From Bugula neritina (taxonomy: Eukaryota > Animalia > Bryozoa), in the NCBI GenBank assembly GCA_964035545.1, contig OZ037771.1, positions 2,491,628 through 2,555,627 on the forward strand: DNA of 64,000 nt. The letters run 5' to 3'. Below the pieces are notes generated by a model. It worked only from the letters and a program-made list of their open reading frames with translations, was not told the origin of the DNA and searched no databases. Made by a program: the position numbers and the translations under genes. The first letter of the stretch is position 1, and each line of letters opens with the position of its first letter. Shown one piece after another: positions 50,399 through 64,000 of this stretch.

Positions 50399-52066
50399 CA
50401 GCAGCAGCGGTAGTAATAATAGTCTTAATATCATTATGTCTTTTACTACTACCATCATCAACACTAGTACTACATGACTTATCCTACTTCTACCACTACT
50501 GCTACCACCACTACCATTACCACCACTATTACCACTACTACTATCAGTACTACTATTACCACTACTACTATCAGTACTAACATCACTTCAAACACTATGA
50601 TACCATCTAACACTGAACAATTATAAAGATATCATACTTGAACAGCTAAACTGAGTTGAGTTTGTAGATTATCAATAGCAGACAACTCCGAATCAACTGG
50701 AGGAGCTGTAGATACAAGGGCAGGTAACTTCTCCTCTAAGGTATGTTGCAATTCATCAGTCAGTCTGGTGTTCTCACATATCAACTGGTCAACATGCTTC
50801 TGCAGTGTGTTATACTGGTGCTGCATAAACATTACAAAACACTTGTTGTCTTGTCCTTTTATCGCTGCCATTTACAAACAAAAGAGCTAGGCAGCTTTGC
50901 TGCATTTACTTGCACAACAGTAACAATAACACTGAATGAGACTCATTCAAGAGAAGATAACAACCGGCTGAATAGTATCAATCGTATCATAAGATTACTA
51001 CTATATAGAAGAGAGAGATTAGACCAGGTTTAAGACATCTCCATCGATATGGTGCCAAAGCACTATTTGAACAGATTAAAACTAAATAAACTAATTAATA
51101 ATTAATATTTTTGGTTATTATATTCAAGTCTAAAATAAACAAAAACAATTCATCAAGTTAAAAAAGAGAAAAATATTTTTGACAAAACCCTAAAATAACA
51201 ATAGCATTGCAGCTAGTCCAGCTAGGTGTACTTGAGACAATTTTTTACATTTTTCTCACACTCATAATTAACTGGAAAATAAGGCAAAAAGCACCATGTT
51301 TGTAATGTTAAAACTAATAGGGAAAAATGTGTAAAAGATACCTTATATTTTTCTAATTCAGCAGTCAGGGTGGTTACAGTGGCTTCATACTCCACCATCA
51401 AAGGAGAAACTAACCTGGAAAATCAGTCGATAATAAAATAAATTTCAATGTTAATATCATTAGACAGAAGCAGCTGTGATCTAGGGGTTAGAGCATTTGC
51501 CTAGTAAACACGGAGTCTTGGGTTCGAGCCGAACAGAGCCATTGGTGATGCTAGGAAGAGCATCCAGTCATAATTGCTCCTGTGCCTCATTCAAATAAGT
51601 CCTTAGCACGCTTTAACAAAAACCCTTTCCATCAGGGGTTTATCACGGGGATAGCGACTATAAACTTGCGTAAGATTTTTTCATCATTAGACAGAAGTTA
51701 ACAAATACATGCAAAAGGTACACGTTATGTTAGCAAGACTTACTTTTGGTCGACATGCCAAGGCGGAGTTACTGAAGAGTGTAGAGAAGCTCTGTCTTTC
51801 TCGGCCAAGGGTGGGTACTTTTCCTGGTAGTCGTGTAACAAATTGGTCAGGTGTTCAACTTTATAAAACCAAAACAGAGTAAAAATATAAATATTTAAAT
51901 GATGCAAATTACACAATTTTACAAAAACAAACTAATTGGTGTATAACATGGAGTTTATATAAATTCATATATATAACTTTTACTTAATTCTATGATTAAT
52001 ATAACTAAAAATTATCTCACCTTGTTTTCTGAGAAACTCTATTTCACTAGAAAGCCCGGACTCCAT
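44459..52066 (-). CDS. SCLT1: Sodium channel and clathrin linker 1 (centriole distal-appendage coiled-coil protein), about 672 aa
   Basis: 17 exons: 52066-52021, 51858-51744, 51414-51342, 50820-50638, 50226-50092, 49893-49732, 49365-49205, 49023-48933, 47907-47737, 47338-47264, 46984-46836, 46581-46497, 46237-46130, 45761-45625, 45287-45149, 44872-44777, 44551-44459. Frame open. Segments SEIEFLRKQ, VSPLMVEYE, ENTRLTDELQHTLEEKL, NLQTQLSLAVQEKD, AGKKTKEEV, ERAVREKRSVESELEKVYQEG, QQRSANQWKDE and AERRAAEA follow vertebrate SCLT1 in order. Confidence 0.88.
45304..45536. repeat. 22-bp minisatellite, about 10 copies, abutting a SCLT1 acceptor
   Basis: Sense-strand unit ATATACAGGGTATGTCTGTCAT; ends about 16 nt before the acceptor at 45288. 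Confidence 0.93.
46982..47246. repeat. 26-bp minisatellite, about 10 copies, filling SCLT1 intron 10
   Basis: Sense-strand unit ATGTATATA(T/C)TAGTATATTACAG|GTA. The ACCT core recurs every 26 bp from 46999 to 47233. Confidence 0.95.
49374..49525. repeat. 24-bp minisatellite, about 6 copies, abutting a SCLT1 acceptor
   Basis: Unit cggaaatagacgtacagacagaca; sense strand TGTCTGTCTGTACGTCTATTTCCG. Confidence 0.95.
50278..50580. repeat. (AGT/AGC)n and (ACT/ACC)n triplet tracts in SCLT1 intron 4
   Basis: Seen directly; source of the poly-Leu ORF 50276-50464. Confidence 0.9.
51471..51682 (+). mobile_element. tRNA-Thr(AGT)-derived SINE with 15-bp target-site duplication, in SCLT1 intron 2
   Basis: Head CAGCTGTGATCTAGGGGTTAGAGCATTTGCCTAGTAAACACGGAGTCTTGGGTTCGAGCC. 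Exact flanking repeat ATCATTAGACAGAAG at 51456-51470 and 51683-51697. Homologous to the two intron-10 copies. Confidence 0.9.
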
Positions 52067-52683
52067 GGAGAAATTATAAAACCGCAAGCCACTTGAGACT
52101 GTAATCGAAAGATTAGAAATTGCCTAAACAATAAAATAGAAAACGTATATGTGAAAAACAACTATTAATAATTTATTGAGTCGTTATTTTTAGATGAAAG
52201 CAAAAATTTGATTTGAAAATAAATTTATTTTTAAGCTTAACTTTTACTGTTGGTTGTTCAACTTCAATTGACAATTTAAATTTCAATTTAATATTATTGT
52301 GATTGTTTAATGGAAATACTGGTGACCTACATTTAGATCATTTTCGTGTTAATTTTCACGTTGGGAAATGTAATTTAAAATATATTGATATTTATATTGA
52401 ACATTAACAGTAACTGCCCTTTCACCTTTGGCTTTGAGTTTATCACTATCACTATGATTATCATTATGATTATGATAGCCAAAATAATGAATAATATTCA
52501 TATTGCATATTCATTTTGATATTCATATTGAAATTGTTTGATTCAAAAACAAAGTCTTAAATTAAAGACTCAGTATCAAGCCCAAAATGAAAGATACCTG
52601 GCTATAAACTTGCATTAATTTTAAATGATGAGTAAATTAAAATTTAAACAGCTAGTACTACAGTCTACAAGTCTACAAGATTA

Positions 52684-52748
52684 AGTAGTACTGTAGTATT
52701 AGTACTAGTAGTAGTAGTAGTAGTAGTACTAGTAGTAGTAGTAGTAGC

Positions 52749-52815
<67 letters not shown>

Positions 52816-52850
52816 CAAGTACAACTAGTAGTAGTAGTACTAGTACTACA
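52684..52850. repeat. (TAG)n microsatellite between SCLT1 and the ABCC gene
   Basis: Seen directly. Confidence 0.95.
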
Positions 52851-55760
52851 ACTGCAAGAAGTATTTATTGTTGCACTTGTTAAACTTAAAAATCATAATT
52901 TCGGAAACATATGTAAAAGAAAATCAAACTCTGAGGCAAGAAATATAGGCTAATATTTGAATCAATTTCTTAAAATGTCTCAAGCTGTGGTCGTAGGCAT
53001 AATAACTAATGTGTAAACTCAAGCTGTAATGAACTGCAACAAACTTTCAAACTCAGAAATTCCTTCCATTTTGTATCAAGTGTAAACTACGTTTTACAAT
53101 GTTTGATTGGTTAACTGAAGGTTTCGAGCACGAAAACGTTAGTGAAAAATATAAGAAAAGATAACTCCATTCTCTAAACATTTTTATTATAAGAATTTTA
53201 AAAGCACGCAACAATGTCATATGTTAGTTAGCTTCACTTCTACAAAGTATTGCATGAAAGCACAATTTCCTGCTGAAATTATAATATCAAAGACTGTCAT
53301 TTAGTTGGACTGCAATTTTCAAAGTCGGTTGTTTTATTGATCCAACTGTAGTTTGCCCGCAAATCACTTTTACATGTACTTATGTTGTGCAAATAAACTT
53401 ATTTTGAACAATTTCTATATTACATAAATATGTTACTTAGCTTTTTTATCGTAAATAGATGATGTATTTATTAATTTATTGAAGTTTTATATATAAATAT
53501 AATAAATTTCATGTTGAACCTGATTTGAATAGTGTAGCAGCGTAAATATTGCCACTGAAGTATATTAAAATATGTTGAGGACTTGGGTGCTAGAATTTAG
53601 CTCAATTAACCACAAAGAAACCATATTATGTAATCTCTATAAGATAATTACAAAACCAAAACAGGTGGTGTTACATCATACAGATCTTACTATATATACT
53701 AGAAGCAGCTGGCAGCGTTCAATCTCAAAGTTAGCAAAGTAGATCAACTGAAAATATTCCAGTACTTCTTGGAGTTTTCGCTCTGCTGGCTGTTCAGGTA
53801 AATTAATTCTTTATTGACAAACAGCTGGTGTATGTTTTATGCTCATCACTCTTCTCAAAGATAATAAAACCTTGACCTTGCTATATAGCTGATGTCTTAA
53901 AGGACACTTCTCTGTTATGATAACCTCCATATGTTAGAGTTCATTGAAAGTCAATGTTCCTTGAGTCACTGTGACTTCTTATCTAGTATTTTGACTGTCA
54001 GTAACCCAAGTTTCATTTCATTAGTTGTTGTGACCTGAAGTATTCTTTCACTTTTATATTCTAATAACACTGATAGCATGTTTACTGCTGTTATAAATGA
54101 CAGGTAGTCAAGTGAGAATGCATTAAACTGTGTGAAAGAAGCACTCCATTCAACCCACCCTATTTATTCTCGGTTTTTGAGATAGGATTTCTGCTATTCA
54201 TGCCAAATATACAATACAAACTTGTATTCTTTTGTATCATAACTTGTTTATATTCCAAAGCAAACACTAAAAAGCCCTGCCTGCATTTCTGTAAATAATA
54301 TGATTTGCTGGGCTTTTATGGGTCATTGGTTGTGTCATAAAAATCTCCTATTTACTGGTACAGCACTAAGTGGTCACACAAAAGAACAGAAATGTTACAG
54401 GTGCTGCAATTTCGTTCTATAGGTATATTGTGTAATTGTGCAGAGTTGCTACTAAGTCATTTTTTCTCAATATGGTTTTACAGGTTTCTTTGTGACTTCT
54501 ATGTTCTATAGCAGTAGTTAGATCTATAAGTCACATGAGCTCAAGTGTTATTGAAGTATATTTTAAGTTTCAGCTGTAGCTGTCAGGGTTATAACATTTT
54601 ACAGCAAACCACTTATTCAACCTAATTGTTAAGTTCGAAAAGCACCAGCCAACCACTAAATTGACACACTGAAAAGATGTGCAACACCATCTATGCTATT
54701 CAGCTTTATTATTTGAATGGACTTGCTAAAATTTATTTTAAAAGTGAAATTGCAAACTCAACATTCTATAACAAATAGAATAACATATTCATAACTTGTA
54801 TGTACACACATATATATTATGTTTATATGAAGAACTGCTGAGCTATGACTCTACTTTGGTAGTTATTCTTTTCTTACAATCATTCAGAAGGTGTCATAGT
54901 GAATAAAGGTGAATGTCCCAAATAATGAACTGACCAATGCAGTTCCACGATGAAATCGAGATAAACATGAAGTGATTCAATAACCATTTTCAACAATTCT
55001 ACTACCAATCTTCACTAATTGCTACCAGCATAAATCACATTAAAATGTTAAAATATAAAACTCTAATGATTACAGTATACTACGTCAGTTGAGGAGATGA
55101 TGCTGCGGAATTCATTTCTTTTAACTTTTCTTAGAACTTGAAAGGTAAGCAGTTTATTTGCATAAATTACCAGATTTTATTGCTTGCATATATTTATTAA
55201 ACATAAATAAAGTCTTTTGATGAGTTTTAATTGTTTGCTAAAAGACATTGACACTAACTTTAAATACTGTATTTACTATTTTTGCTACCAAAATATGATT
55301 ATAATATGTACATGTATATAGGCTACTGTCATATAATAAACCATTGCACTAAAAGAACTTTTCCTATAATATTTATGTTCAATGTAAGAGGTATCAATTT
55401 TGTTTTAATGTCAACAAATAAAAGCTATATATGCTAAACTTTTATTATGGGCAAAAAAGTTCAAAAGTTAAACATTATATCATATTAAAAGGATGTTTTT
55501 ATTCATTTGTTTCAAAAAAATACAAGATTTTATTATTAAAAACAAAGATTTTATTGTTTTTAAAATTTAATTAAATAAAAACATTTCTAATTTGCATATT
55601 TTATTTGAGAAGCTTTCATTAAAAAGAATTAGTCTTGCATAAGATGACTTATGTAGTAATAAAGCTAAAAGTAAGTATCATTAAGTAAGTATAACCAACA
55701 AATAAATTTACCTTTTTATTTTATACTGTCAAAAGGTAAAGAACCAGCTAAATTCTCAAA

Positions 55761-63676
<7,916 letters not shown>

Positions 63677-64000
63677 GTGCTGCAGAACCGCTCTTTTTGT
63701 CAGCTATTATTTATTTACTTACACACACGCACGCACGCACGCACACATGCACGCACGAGTATTTTGAGAAATGTGCAACATTTACAAAAAAGAAAGAAGT
63801 ATTTATTTTAATGTGGTTTAGAGCATAAAAATTCTGCAAATATTTTATAATTCATTTAAAACAAAATTTTAATTTGAATTTAATAAAAACTTGAAATATA
63901 ATTTTCAATGCCAATTAGTTATACTAAAAGTTAAGTTAGAAAGTTTCCGAAAGGGTAAAATCAATGCGCAATATTAATTTGACATATGATGTATTGAAAC

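Noticed and set aside
50821-51341. SCLT1 intron 3 donor GTATCTTT as a U12-type intron
   Set aside because: No TCCTTAAC-like branch point near the acceptor; compatible with an ordinary U2 intron.
44459-52066. Functional link between SCLT1 ('sodium channel linker') and the DEG/ENaC gene
   Set aside because: The name refers to voltage-gated Nav1.8, and SCLT1 is mainly centriolar; proximity alone is not evidence.

Overview
AT-rich, intron-rich animal genomic DNA. An invertebrate source is inferred from gene content and intron style; the species cannot be named from the sequence alone. Manual splicing on GT-AG boundaries with consistent intron phases gives eight protein-coding genes: (1) the 5' end of a CRACD/KIAA1211-like gene (-, runs off the left edge); (2-4) three intact 11-exon paralogues of an SLC18B1-like MFS vesicular amine/polyamine-type transporter (copy A on -, copies B and C on +); (5) a 13-exon DEG/ENaC channel head-to-head with copy A; (6) an unrecognised 3-exon, 200-aa single-pass membrane protein head-to-head with copy B; (7) a 17-exon SCLT1 orthologue (-); (8) the 5' half of an ABCC5/MRP5-like ABC transporter (+, runs off the right edge). 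The window also holds three copies of a tRNA-Thr-derived SINE with target-site duplications, a tRNA-Thr-like relic, and many micro- and minisatellites. Most long ORFs in the supplied track are microsatellite artefacts or exon read-throughs. Three patterns stand out. First, unrelated minisatellites repeatedly sit on splice junctions and copy them, including about 38 tandem GTAAGT donors and an intron built from AG|GT repeats. Second, the transporter, channel and orphan genes form a compact cluster. Third, the transporter paralogues are homogenised in patches yet swap charges in the putative substrate-lining helix TM7. A perfect 44-bp GC-rich palindrome also sits in an intron. Functional interpretations are inferences that need RNA-seq, synteny and assay tests.
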